The notes beneath the pieces are model-generated. The model ran no database searches and was not told the DNA's origin. It was given only the letters and a program-made list of their open reading frames with translations. Below are positions 45,313-53,805 of a stretch of 64,000 bases of DNA, in pieces. The stretch comes from an uncultured virus (IMG/VR IMGVR_UViG_649633043_000004) (taxonomy: Duplodnaviria > Heunggongvirae > Uroviricota > Caudoviricetes). The DNA is taken from the IMG/VR virus record IMGVR_UViG_649633043_000004. One strand, written 5' to 3'. The position numbers were made by a program, and so were the translations under genes. Within the stretch, counting starts at the first letter, position 1. Every line of letters starts with the position of its first letter.

Positions 45313-45355
45313 TTTTTAAGACACAGAAAGTTATCAATTTATCTTGCAGAATTGA

Positions 45356-45401
45356 CTTGCTATATGTGCCAAACAGAGTGATATATGTACACACCGAAAG
45401 G
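45356..45401 (+). promoter_or_regulatory. Repeated promoter-like cassette, copy 2
   Basis: CTTGCTAT-N10-CAGAGTGAT-N8-ANNCCGAAAGG. Confidence 0.65.
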
Positions 45402-45432
45402 GAAAACCACAGAAAATCAGGAGGAAAGCACG

Positions 45433-45909
45433 ATGACAGAGAACAGATTTTTCGAGGAAATGAGAGCCACAGCAATCGCCTACAACGAGGCGCAGGCCAT
45501 CCGGAAGGAACAGCGCGACGCGATGATCGAGGCTGACGACTGGGACGGCGTGAAAGCCTTTGACGAGCGGGAAAAGAAAGAGTTCCCTTACCCTTTCACC
45601 TCCGGCGAGAACAAGGCGCTGGTACAGTACGACAGATCCTTAAGGAACGGCGCAGACGCATTCGAGGTCGAGGACCTTCCCTGGGATTACGAGCTTGCAG
45701 ACTTTGTCGAAACGCTCCGCAAGGCTGACATCGACAGGATCACGGTAACCGACCAGAGCACCGGCCTGATGGACGGCATCTACGGACTTACCGCCCTCGG
45801 CTGCAAAATGAGCGGACTCAAGACCGTCACCAGAGCCAACGACCACCGCTTCGGCAGCAAGGAGCCGGAACGCAAAAACGGCATCGAGTTCATCATCGAG
45901 GAGGCTTAA
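45433..45909 (+). CDS. Hypothetical phage protein
   Basis: ATG 45433 after AGGAGG; FVETLRKADI..ITVTDQSTGLM. Confidence 0.75.
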   Translation: MTENRFFEEMRATAIAYNEAQAIRKEQRDAMIEADDWDGVKAFDEREKKEFPYPFTSGENKALVQYDRSLRNGADAFEVEDLPWDYELADFVETLRKADIDRITVTDQSTGLMDGIYGLTALGCKMSGLKTVTRANDHRFGSKEPERKNGIEFIIEEA

Positions 45910-45911
45910 CC

Positions 45912-46139
45912 ATGTGGGAAAAAGGATCACTGCTCATCGAAGGAACGGTCGTTAAATACTGGGTAAAGCACTACGAGGAGCCTTCCGAGGAATACGGAAT
46001 CGAAGGCGGACGCATTTCCAAGATGGAGCTCAGAATTGGCGGCGAAGTCACGCTCAGCTACGAACGCGGCTGGGGCAAGGAACCCGAGGACGAAATAAGC
46101 CAGCTCGCTTACGCGATCCTCATGAAGAAATACAACTAA
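45912..46139 (+). CDS. Small hypothetical phage protein
   Basis: RBS GGAGG; YWVKHYEEPS.YGI.GGRISK...YERGW. Confidence 0.75.
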   Translation: MWEKGSLLIEGTVVKYWVKHYEEPSEEYGIEGGRISKMELRIGGEVTLSYERGWGKEPEDEISQLAYAILMKKYN

Positions 46140-46258
46140 AGAAACACCACTGAATTTGAATATTCCGAAAGCAGAGCCTGAGAACGGCTCTTGCTCTCGT
46201 ACTGATAGACAGATCGCTTCGGCGGTCTTTTATTTTGCCCTGAAAGGAGGTCTGGTCC

Positions 46259-47866
46259 GTGGCAGTAAGGAAACTGAAAAACTATAAGACGACGCGGTTC
46301 ATGGAGCCCAGCTCCCACTACGACGAGAATCTCGCCGATTACGCCTGCCTCTTCATCGAGCAGCTCTGCCATACCAAAGGAACCTGGGCGGGTAAGCCGT
46401 TCGAGCTGATCGACTGGCAGGAGCAGATCGTCCGCGACCTGTTCGGCGTGATCAAGGAAAACGGCTACCGGCAGTTCAATACAGCCTATGTTGAGATACC
46501 CAAGAAGCAAGGCAAGTCAGAGCTTGCCGCCGCCATCGCGCTGCTCCTCACCTGCGGCGACAACGAGGAACGCGCCGAGGTGTACGGCTGCGCAGCCGAC
46601 AGAAATCAGGCCAAGATCGTATTTGATGTCGCTGTCGATATGGTGCGGTTCTGCCCGGCACTCTCCAAGCGTGTGAAGATTCTGGAATCACAGAAGCGAC
46701 TGGAGTACCTGCCGACGCACAGCTTTTATCAGGTGCTCTCCGCCGATGTCGCGAACAAGCACGGCTTCAATACCCACGGCGTTATCTTCGATGAGCTGCA
46801 TACGCAGCCGAACCGGAAGCTGTTTGATGTTATGACGAAGGGCTCCGGCGACGCGAGGATGCAGCCGCTGTTCTTCCTGATAACCACCGCCGGGAATGAC
46901 ACCCATTCCATCTGCTACGAACAGCACGAAAAAGCCCTCGATATCATGAGCGGACGAAAGCATGATCCGACATTCTATCCGGTCATCTTCGGCGCGGATG
47001 AATCCGAAGACTGGACTGACCCGCAGGTCTGGAAGAAAGCGAATCCTTCTCTTGGCATCACGGTCGGCATCGACAAGGTGAAAGCCGCCTGCGAGTCGGC
47101 AAAGCAGAATCCCGGCGAGGAGAACTCCTTCCGGCAGCTGAGACTCAACCAATGGGTGAAGCAGTCCGTCCGCTGGATGCCGATGGACAAATGGGACGCC
47201 TGCGCGTTCCCTGTCAATGAGGATGAGCTGGAAGGCCGCGTCTGCTATGGCGGTCTGGATCTGTCCTCCACCACTGACATCACGGCTTTCGTGCTTGTCT
47301 TTCCTCCGCTTGATGAGGACGACAAGTACATGATCCTGCCGTACTTCTGGGTACCGGAAGAAACGCTCGACCTTCGTGTCCGGCGCGACCATGTTCCGTA
47401 TGACCTGTGGAACCGTCAGGGAGTCCTCGAAACGACCGAGGGAAATGTCATCCACTACGGATATATCGAGAAGTTTATTGAGAACCTCGGCGAACGGTTC
47501 AATATCCGCGAGATTGCCTTCGACCGCTGGGGAGCGGTTCAGATGGTGCAGAACCTTGAAGGCATGGGTTTCACAGTCATTCCCATCGGACAGGGCTTTA
47601 AAGACATGAGCCCGCCGACAAAAGAGCTGATGAAGCTCGTACTTGAGAAGAAAATCGCCCACGGCGGGCATCCGGTCCTCCGGTGGATGATGGACAACAT
47701 CTACATCCGCACCGATCCGGCAGGCAATATCAAAGCCGATAAGGAAAAATCCACAGAAAAGATCGACGGCGCAATTGCGACCATCATGGCGCTCGACCGG
47801 GCGATCCGCTGCGGGAATGACAATGCTGCTTCTGTCTATGACAGCCGCGGCATTCTTTTTATCTGA
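46259..47866 (+). CDS. Terminase large subunit
   Basis: EIPKKQGKS, IFDELH, ITTAG, GGLDLSSTTD, KIDGAIA. Confidence 0.95.
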   Translation: MAVRKLKNYKTTRFMEPSSHYDENLADYACLFIEQLCHTKGTWAGKPFELIDWQEQIVRDLFGVIKENGYRQFNTAYVEIPKKQGKSELAAAIALLLTCGDNEERAEVYGCAADRNQAKIVFDVAVDMVRFCPALSKRVKILESQKRLEYLPTHSFYQVLSADVANKHGFNTHGVIFDELHTQPNRKLFDVMTKGSGDARMQPLFFLITTAGNDTHSICYEQHEKALDIMSGRKHDPTFYPVIFGADESEDWTDPQVWKKANPSLGITVGIDKVKAACESAKQNPGEENSFRQLRLNQWVKQSVRWMPMDKWDACAFPVNEDELEGRVCYGGLDLSSTTDITAFVLVFPPLDEDDKYMILPYFWVPEETLDLRVRRDHVPYDLWNRQGVLETTEGNVIHYGYIEKFIENLGERFNIREIAFDRWGAVQMVQNLEGMGFTVIPIGQGFKDMSPPTKELMKLVLEKKIAHGGHPVLRWMMDNIYIRTDPAGNIKADKEKSTEKIDGAIATIMALDRAIRCGNDNAASVYDSRGILFI

Positions 47867-47876
47867 GGAAAAACAA

Positions 47877-47948
47877 ATGATTCTGATTTCACTCTTGGGC
47901 TTCCTGATTATTAAGGAAGCCCTTAATCAAATGGAGGTGTGGCAATGA
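47877..47948 (+). CDS. Putative 23-aa hydrophobic peptide coupled to the portal gene
   Basis: GAGGA RBS; MILISLLGFLIIKEALNQMEVWQ; ATGA overlap with the portal start. Confidence 0.4.
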   Translation: MILISLLGFLIIKEALNQMEVWQ

Positions 47949-49291
47949 GCATATTTAACAGATGGTTCAGAGGGCGTGATGCTCCCAAGGACTCAACGAC
48001 CGGCAGCAGCTATCGCTTCTTCTTCGGAGGCACGACCTCCGGCAAGACGGTGACGGAACGCTCCGCCATGCAGATGACTGCGGTCTACTCATGCGTCCGA
48101 ATTCTTTCCGAGGCTATTGCGGGCCTGCCGCTGCATTTATACAGATATACAGACACCGGCAGCAAGGAAAAAGCCATCGACCATCCTCTCTATACGCTTC
48201 TGCATGATGAACCGAATCCGGAGATGACGTCGTTCGTCTTCCGGGAGACGCTCATGACGCACCTGCTCCTGTGGGGAAACGCCTACGCGCAGATCATCCG
48301 CAACGGCAAAGGCGAGGTCGTGGCACTCTATCCGCTGATGCCGAACCGCATGACGGTCGACCGTGATGAGAACGGTCAGCTCTACTACGAATATCAGACC
48401 TCGCAGGATGAGGCGCACACGATGAAAGGCTCTCTTGTTAGATTGTCGCCGCACGATGTGCTGCATATTCCGGGACTCGGCTTTGATGGCCTAGTCGGCT
48501 ACTCGCCCATCGCGATGGCCAAGAACTCTATCGGCATGGCGATTGCCTGCGAGGAATACGGCGCTAAGTTCTTTGCCAACGGCGCGACTCCCGGAGGAAT
48601 CCTTGAGCATCCCGGCGTGGTAAAAGATCCGGAGCGCATCAGGGAATCGTGGAACTCAGCCTTCGGAGGCTCTGCCAATTCCAACAAGGTGGCCGTTCTC
48701 GAGGAAGGTCTTAAATATACGCCGATCTCTATCAGCCCGGAACAGGCGCAGTTCCTCGAAACACGCAAGTTCCAGATAGATGAGATTGCGAGGATATTCC
48801 GTATCCCGCCGCACATGATCGGAGACCTTGAGAAGTCGAGCTTCTCGAACATCGAGCAGCAGTCTCTGGAATTTGTGAAGTACACGCTTGATCCGTGGGT
48901 ATCGAGATGGGAACAGTCGATGAGACGCGCCCTGCTCCGCCCGGAGGAAAAAGCGGAATACTTCTTCAAGTTCAATGTGGACGGGCTGCTGCGAGGCGAT
49001 TACCAGAGCCGCATGAACGGCTACGCCACCGCCCGTCAGAACGGGTGGATGTCAGCAAATGATATCCGCGAGCTTGAGAACCTCGACCGTATCCCGGAAG
49101 AATCCGGCGGCGACCTTTACCTTATCAACGGAAACATGACAAAACTTGAGGATGCCGGAATATTCGCGGCGTCCGCATCAACGCAGGAGGAGCAGCCTGA
49201 TGAAGAACAGGAATCGACCGAGCAATCGGAAGAAGAATCACAGGAGCCGGAGCAATCCTCAAATCTCCGGGAAAGGAGGAAACCGCTATGA
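47945..49291 (+). CDS. HK97-family portal protein
   Basis: AVYSCVRILSE, LLWGNAY, GYSPI, IARIFRIPP. Confidence 0.95.
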   Translation: MSIFNRWFRGRDAPKDSTTGSSYRFFFGGTTSGKTVTERSAMQMTAVYSCVRILSEAIAGLPLHLYRYTDTGSKEKAIDHPLYTLLHDEPNPEMTSFVFRETLMTHLLLWGNAYAQIIRNGKGEVVALYPLMPNRMTVDRDENGQLYYEYQTSQDEAHTMKGSLVRLSPHDVLHIPGLGFDGLVGYSPIAMAKNSIGMAIACEEYGAKFFANGATPGGILEHPGVVKDPERIRESWNSAFGGSANSNKVAVLEEGLKYTPISISPEQAQFLETRKFQIDEIARIFRIPPHMIGDLEKSSFSNIEQQSLEFVKYTLDPWVSRWEQSMRRALLRPEEKAEYFFKFNVDGLLRGDYQSRMNGYATARQNGWMSANDIRELENLDRIPEESGGDLYLINGNMTKLEDAGIFAASASTQEEQPDEEQESTEQSEEESQEPEQSSNLRERRKPL

Positions 49292-50034
49292 CCAGAAAAT
49301 TCTGGAGGTGGGCGCGAAACGAAGCGCCGGACAGTTTTGGCAGCGACCGAACGCTTTACCTCGACGGGGAAATATCCGATGAGACCTGGTACGGCGATGA
49401 AGTCACACCGCAGGTTTTCAAGGATGAGCTGAACTCCGGCAAAGGCAACATTACGCTTTGGATCAACTCGCCCGGCGGAGACGTATTCGCGGCTGCCCAG
49501 ATCTACAACATGCTAATGGACTATCCCTATGACGTGACCGTCAAGATTGACGCTCTCGCGGCATCTGCTGCAAGCGTCATTGCGATGGCAGGCACGAAGG
49601 TGTGCATGAGCCCGGTTGCGATGCTGATGGTGCATAATCCCGCGACTATCGCTATCGGCGACAGCGAGGAAATGCAGAAAGCCATCGACATGCTCTCCGA
49701 GGTGAAGGAATCCATCATGAACGCCTACGAGATCAAGTCCGGCCTGTCCCGGAACAAAATCTCGAAGCTCATGGACGCCGAGACCTGGATGAACGCCAAG
49801 GAAGCCAAGAAGCTGGGATTTGCTGATGAGATTCTCTTTGCGGACGGTACAGAGCCTTCCGGGGACAATGACAGCACAGAGCATGATGACGGCGAGATCG
49901 AGATGCTTTTCTCCCGGAAAGCCGTCACGGACTCACTGCTTTCGAAGCTGATACCAAAACGAAAACCTGAAATAAAGACACAGACCATTAAGGTCGCAGA
50001 TCTTGAGAAGCGGCTCTCGCTTCTCAGCCACTAA
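49288..50034 (+). CDS. ClpP-type head maturation protease
   Basis: INSPGGDVF, AASAASVI, MVHNP, ETWM. Confidence 0.93.
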   Translation: MTRKFWRWARNEAPDSFGSDRTLYLDGEISDETWYGDEVTPQVFKDELNSGKGNITLWINSPGGDVFAAAQIYNMLMDYPYDVTVKIDALAASAASVIAMAGTKVCMSPVAMLMVHNPATIAIGDSEEMQKAIDMLSEVKESIMNAYEIKSGLSRNKISKLMDAETWMNAKEAKKLGFADEILFADGTEPSGDNDSTEHDDGEIEMLFSRKAVTDSLLSKLIPKRKPEIKTQTIKVADLEKRLSLLSH

Positions 50035-50053
50035 TGAATGGAGGATAACAATT

Positions 50054-51259
50054 ATGACCAAGATTATGGAACTTATGGAGCGCAGAGCTAAGGCGTGGGA
50101 CGCGGCGAAGAACTTTCTCGATACCCATTCCGATAACGGCGGCAATGTATCCGCGGAGGACGCTGCCACCTATGACAAGATGGAAAAGGAAGTGACCGAC
50201 CTCACTCATGACATCGAACGCCTGCAGAGGCAGGAGCAGATCGACAAGATGATGAGTCAGCCGACTTCTTCTCCGCTTACCACAAAGCCGGGAGCCAAGG
50301 ATGAGCCTGACGACAAGCCGGGTATCGCGTCCAAGGCGTACAAGACCGCCTTCTGGGATTCTATCCGCAAGAGGAACTGGTACGACGTTCAGAACGTTCT
50401 GGAAGTCGGCACTGACGCCAACGGCGGCTATCTCGTGCCGGATGAATACGAGCACCAGCTGATTCAGGCTCTGACCGATGAGAACTTCTTCAGAAGTCTT
50501 GCGCATGTGATTCAGACCGATTCCGGCACTCACACCATCCCGATTGTCGCTTCTCACGGCACTGCTTCGTGGATGGAGGAAAACGGGCTGTATCCGGAGT
50601 CTGACGACACCTTCGATCAGATCACGCTTTCGGCGTATAAGCTCGGAACCGCGATCAAGGTATCCGAGGAACTGATGAACGATTCTGTTTTCGATCTCGA
50701 GTCCTACATCTCCACGGAGTTCGCAAGACGTATCGGCGCTGCCGAGGAGGAGGCTTTCCTTGTGGGCGACGGTCAGAAGAAGCCGGAAGGCGTCTTTACC
50801 AAGGTCGCTGCGACCGAGGGAGCGACTACGGAGATTGCCAATACCACGCTGACCTTCGACTCCATCATGGATGTATTCCACAGCCTGAGAAGCGTGTACA
50901 GGAACCGCGCTGTGTGGATTCTGAACGACAGCACCGTCAAGGCTCTCCGCAAGATCAAGGACGGAAACAACAATTACATCTGGCAGCCCTCTGTTGTGGC
51001 TGGCCAGCCGGATACGATTCTGAACCGTCCGTACAAGACGAGCATTTACGCTCCGGAGCTTGCGGCGGGCAACGTGCCGCTCCTGTTCGGAGACTTCTCC
51101 TACTACTGGATTGCCGACCGTCAGGGACGCAGCTTCAAGAGGCTCTCTGAGCTTTACGCTGCAAACGGTCAGATCGGGTTCCTCGCTTCCGAGCGTGTGG
51201 ACGGCAAGCTGATCCTGCCGGAGGCTGTGCGCGGTCTTTCCGTCAAGGCTGCTGGCTGA
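50054..51259 (+). CDS. Major capsid protein (HK97 fold)
   Basis: ATG 50054; delta-domain coil, GGYLVP, GDGQKKPEG, FGDFS. Confidence 0.95.
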   Translation: MTKIMELMERRAKAWDAAKNFLDTHSDNGGNVSAEDAATYDKMEKEVTDLTHDIERLQRQEQIDKMMSQPTSSPLTTKPGAKDEPDDKPGIASKAYKTAFWDSIRKRNWYDVQNVLEVGTDANGGYLVPDEYEHQLIQALTDENFFRSLAHVIQTDSGTHTIPIVASHGTASWMEENGLYPESDDTFDQITLSAYKLGTAIKVSEELMNDSVFDLESYISTEFARRIGAAEEEAFLVGDGQKKPEGVFTKVAATEGATTEIANTTLTFDSIMDVFHSLRSVYRNRAVWILNDSTVKALRKIKDGNNNYIWQPSVVAGQPDTILNRPYKTSIYAPELAAGNVPLLFGDFSYYWIADRQGRSFKRLSELYAANGQIGFLASERVDGKLILPEAVRGLSVKAAG

Positions 51260-51280
51260 TTTACGCAGTAATCATCGAAT

Positions 51281-51315
51281 GGCCGCTCTCACTATGAGGG
51301 CGGCTGTTCCTTTTA
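51281..51315 (+). terminator. Intrinsic terminator after the capsid gene
   Basis: GGCCGCTCTCA-cta-TGAGGGCGGCT followed by GTTCCTTTT. Confidence 0.55.
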
Positions 51316-51327
51316 TGGAGGTATCTC

Positions 51328-51606
51328 ATGGAAGTAACGCTTGATGAAGCAAAAACATATCTGAGAGTCGCATCGATCGATGAGGATGAGCTGATCACAA
51401 GCATTATCGGCTCTGCCACAAAGCTCGTGCAGGATGTGTCAAGGATATCTGATGAGGATTGGGAAACCGCCGACTCTGCGGTTATCCGCATAGCGATCCT
51501 CTACACCATCGCCTATCTCTATGAACACCGTGAGGAAGCTGATCATAGCCAGCTGAACCTGACGCTTAGGGCGCTGCTCTTCGGCGTTCGTGAGGAGGGA
51601 TTCTGA
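51328..51606 (+). CDS. Head-tail connector (gp6-like)
   Basis: VTLDEAKTYLRV...YLYEHRE. Confidence 0.88.
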   Translation: MEVTLDEAKTYLRVASIDEDELITSIIGSATKLVQDVSRISDEDWETADSAVIRIAILYTIAYLYEHREEADHSQLNLTLRALLFGVREEGF

Positions 51607-51938
51607 TGAATATCGCGGCAATGAGAGTCCCAGTGACCTTTCAGAAGAATACGGTCGCCACGGACAAGTACGGCAACCACACGGCTTCATGGACGGACTA
51701 CTTCAAATGCTGGGCGACCATCGGAACACAGAGCGGATCGGAGTCAAACGGCGAGGTGATAAACCCGGAGGAATCTCTCGATTTCACCTGCCGATGGTGC
51801 TCAGAGCTTGCGGCTGTGGAATCCACAAAGTACCGGATTCTCGCCGAGGGCAAGACCTACAACATCACCTATGTGAATCCGATGGGCTATAAACGCAACA
51901 GCATCAAATTCAACTGCAAGCTGGAGAAAAGCTCATGA
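51606..51938 (+). CDS. Head closure protein
   Basis: DKYGN...W...CWA...YRI...YNI pattern; position. Confidence 0.82.
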   Translation: MNIAAMRVPVTFQKNTVATDKYGNHTASWTDYFKCWATIGTQSGSESNGEVINPEESLDFTCRWCSELAAVESTKYRILAEGKTYNITYVNPMGYKRNSIKFNCKLEKSS

Positions 51939-52315
51939 GCAATACCGTATCAATAGACCAGATGGATTCAGCCATCATGGACGAGCTGACGAAATACGCC
52001 GGACTTGCGGCGGACGACCTCAAGGATGCCGTAAAGGATACAGCGAAATCTGTACGCAAGGACATCATGGACAACGCTCCCGTGGATACGGGCAAATACA
52101 AGAAGTCGTGGTCCGTAAAAAATGTGCATGAGGACGCGGAATCTATCGACCTTGTCGTGCATTCGAGGAACCGCTATCAGATAGCGCACCTTCTGGAGCA
52201 TGGCCATGCCAAGCGAGGCGGAGGCAGAGTCGCCGCCCGTCCGCACATCGCCGCTGCTGAGGAACGCGGAAACGAAAAGCTCGTGCAGACATTGGAGGAG
52301 AAACTGAAAGGATGA
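51935..52315 (+). CDS. HK97 gp10-family neck/tail protein
   Basis: APVDTGKY, HLLEHGH, ARPHI. Confidence 0.85.
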   Translation: MSNTVSIDQMDSAIMDELTKYAGLAADDLKDAVKDTAKSVRKDIMDNAPVDTGKYKKSWSVKNVHEDAESIDLVVHSRNRYQIAHLLEHGHAKRGGGRVAARPHIAAAEERGNEKLVQTLEEKLKG

Positions 52316-52638
52316 CTTACGACGAAATAGTAACCATGCTCGAAGAATCCGGCCTGCCGACAGCCTACGACCACTTTGCCGAGGGCGAGTCTCCCGATCC
52401 GCCCTTCACCTGCTTCCTCTTTCCGGGAAGCGACAATGTTTTCGCGGACAACGTGGTCTGGCAGAAAATCGATGAACTGAATATCGAGCTTTACACAGAC
52501 AAGAAGGACCCTGACATCGAATCGAAAATCGAGGATATCCTGACCGCTCACGAGCTTCCCTATGAGAAGTCCGAGGTCTGGATTGAGGACGAAAAGATGT
52601 ACGAGGTTCTTTATCAAACTGAGATTATTGGAGGTTAA
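52312..52638 (+). CDS. Tail completion/terminator protein
   Basis: Position; FADN...IELYTDKKD. Confidence 0.75.
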   Translation: MTYDEIVTMLEESGLPTAYDHFAEGESPDPPFTCFLFPGSDNVFADNVVWQKIDELNIELYTDKKDPDIESKIEDILTAHELPYEKSEVWIEDEKMYEVLYQTEIIGG

Positions 52639-52643
52639 CGATT

Positions 52644-53240
52644 ATGGCTAACACAAAGAACAAGGTCAAGTTCGGCCTGAAGAACTGCCACTACGCCATT
52701 GCGACGCTTGCCGAGGATGGCACCGTGACATTTGCGACACCTGTGGCTATGCCAGGAGCGGTCAGCCTGTCCCTCGATGCTGAGGGCGACAACGATCCGT
52801 TCTATGCGGATGATTCTGTTTACTACATGGTATCGAACAATAACGGATATTCCGGCGACTTCGAGCTCGCGCTGATTCCGGAGAGTTTCCTCACGGACGT
52901 CATGCATGAGACTGAGGACGCGAATGGCGTGATTGTCGAGAACAAGGATGTCGAGCCGGAGCATTTCGCTCTGCTTTTCGAGTTTTCCGGAGATCAGCGG
53001 AAGATCCGCCACTGCATGTATTACTGCTCTGCGACAAGACCTTCTGTTTCCGGTCAGACCAAGGAGGACTCCACAGAAGTCCAGACCGAAACGCTGTCGC
53101 TGACTGTTTCTCCGCTGCCTTCCGGACTCGTGAAGGTCAAGACCGGCACGAATACCACGGACGCTGTTTACAACGCCTGGTACGACAAGGTCTACGAGCC
53201 GAGCGCGAGCGCGACAACGAGCGGCTCTACTACTGAGTGA
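52644..53240 (+). CDS. Major tail protein (phi13 family)
   Basis: NKVKFGLKNCHYA, FYADD, FALLFE. Confidence 0.9.
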   Translation: MANTKNKVKFGLKNCHYAIATLAEDGTVTFATPVAMPGAVSLSLDAEGDNDPFYADDSVYYMVSNNNGYSGDFELALIPESFLTDVMHETEDANGVIVENKDVEPEHFALLFEFSGDQRKIRHCMYYCSATRPSVSGQTKEDSTEVQTETLSLTVSPLPSGLVKVKTGTNTTDAVYNAWYDKVYEPSASATTSGSTTE

Positions 53241-53251
53241 GGTGACGAGAT

Positions 53252-53629
53252 ATGGCAGTAACAAAAACTATCACGATTGACGGTCAGGAGGTCACATTCC
53301 GTGCCTCCGCCGCTATTCCGCGGCTTTACAGAAATAAGTTTCACCGGGATATCTACCGGGACTTAAACGAGCTGCAGAAAGGCATCGATGAGAGCAACGC
53401 CGAGAATTCAAATCTCGACACCTTCTCTCTGGAGCTTTTCGAGAACATCGCATGGCTCATGGCAAAGCATGCGGATTCATCTGTTCCCGATACGCCGGAG
53501 GAATGGCTCGACGCATTCAATACTTTCTCGATTTACGAGATACTCCCGCAGATTATCGAGCTGTGGGGACTGAATACCGAACAGCAGGTCAGTTCTAAAA
53601 AAAACATCGCCAGACAGAGCGGGAAATGA
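53252..53629 (+). CDS. Tail assembly chaperone (gpG-like)
   Basis: Between the major tail and tape measure genes; ends in the slippery run TAAAAAAAAC (53596-53605). Confidence 0.85.
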   Translation: MAVTKTITIDGQEVTFRASAAIPRLYRNKFHRDIYRDLNELQKGIDESNAENSNLDTFSLELFENIAWLMAKHADSSVPDTPEEWLDAFNTFSIYEILPQIIELWGLNTEQQVSSKKNIARQSGK

Positions 53630-53790
53630 CGACTCCGCTCTTTTTGCTGCGGTGTGTGCAGATCGGATTGAGTATCTCTGAACTTGACCTGCTCACCATC
53701 GGCACGGTCAACGATATGTATGCCGAAATGAGCAACGACGACTGGGATTACCCGGAAATCGCGACACAGGAAATGATGGACAGATTCTAA
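53596..53790 (+). CDS. gpT-like extension reached by -1 frameshift
   Basis: -1 frame reads ...HRQTEREMTTPLFLLRCVQIGL...QEMMDRF to TAA 53790. Confidence 0.75.
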
Positions 53791-53805
53791 CGAGAGGAGG
53801 TCTGT

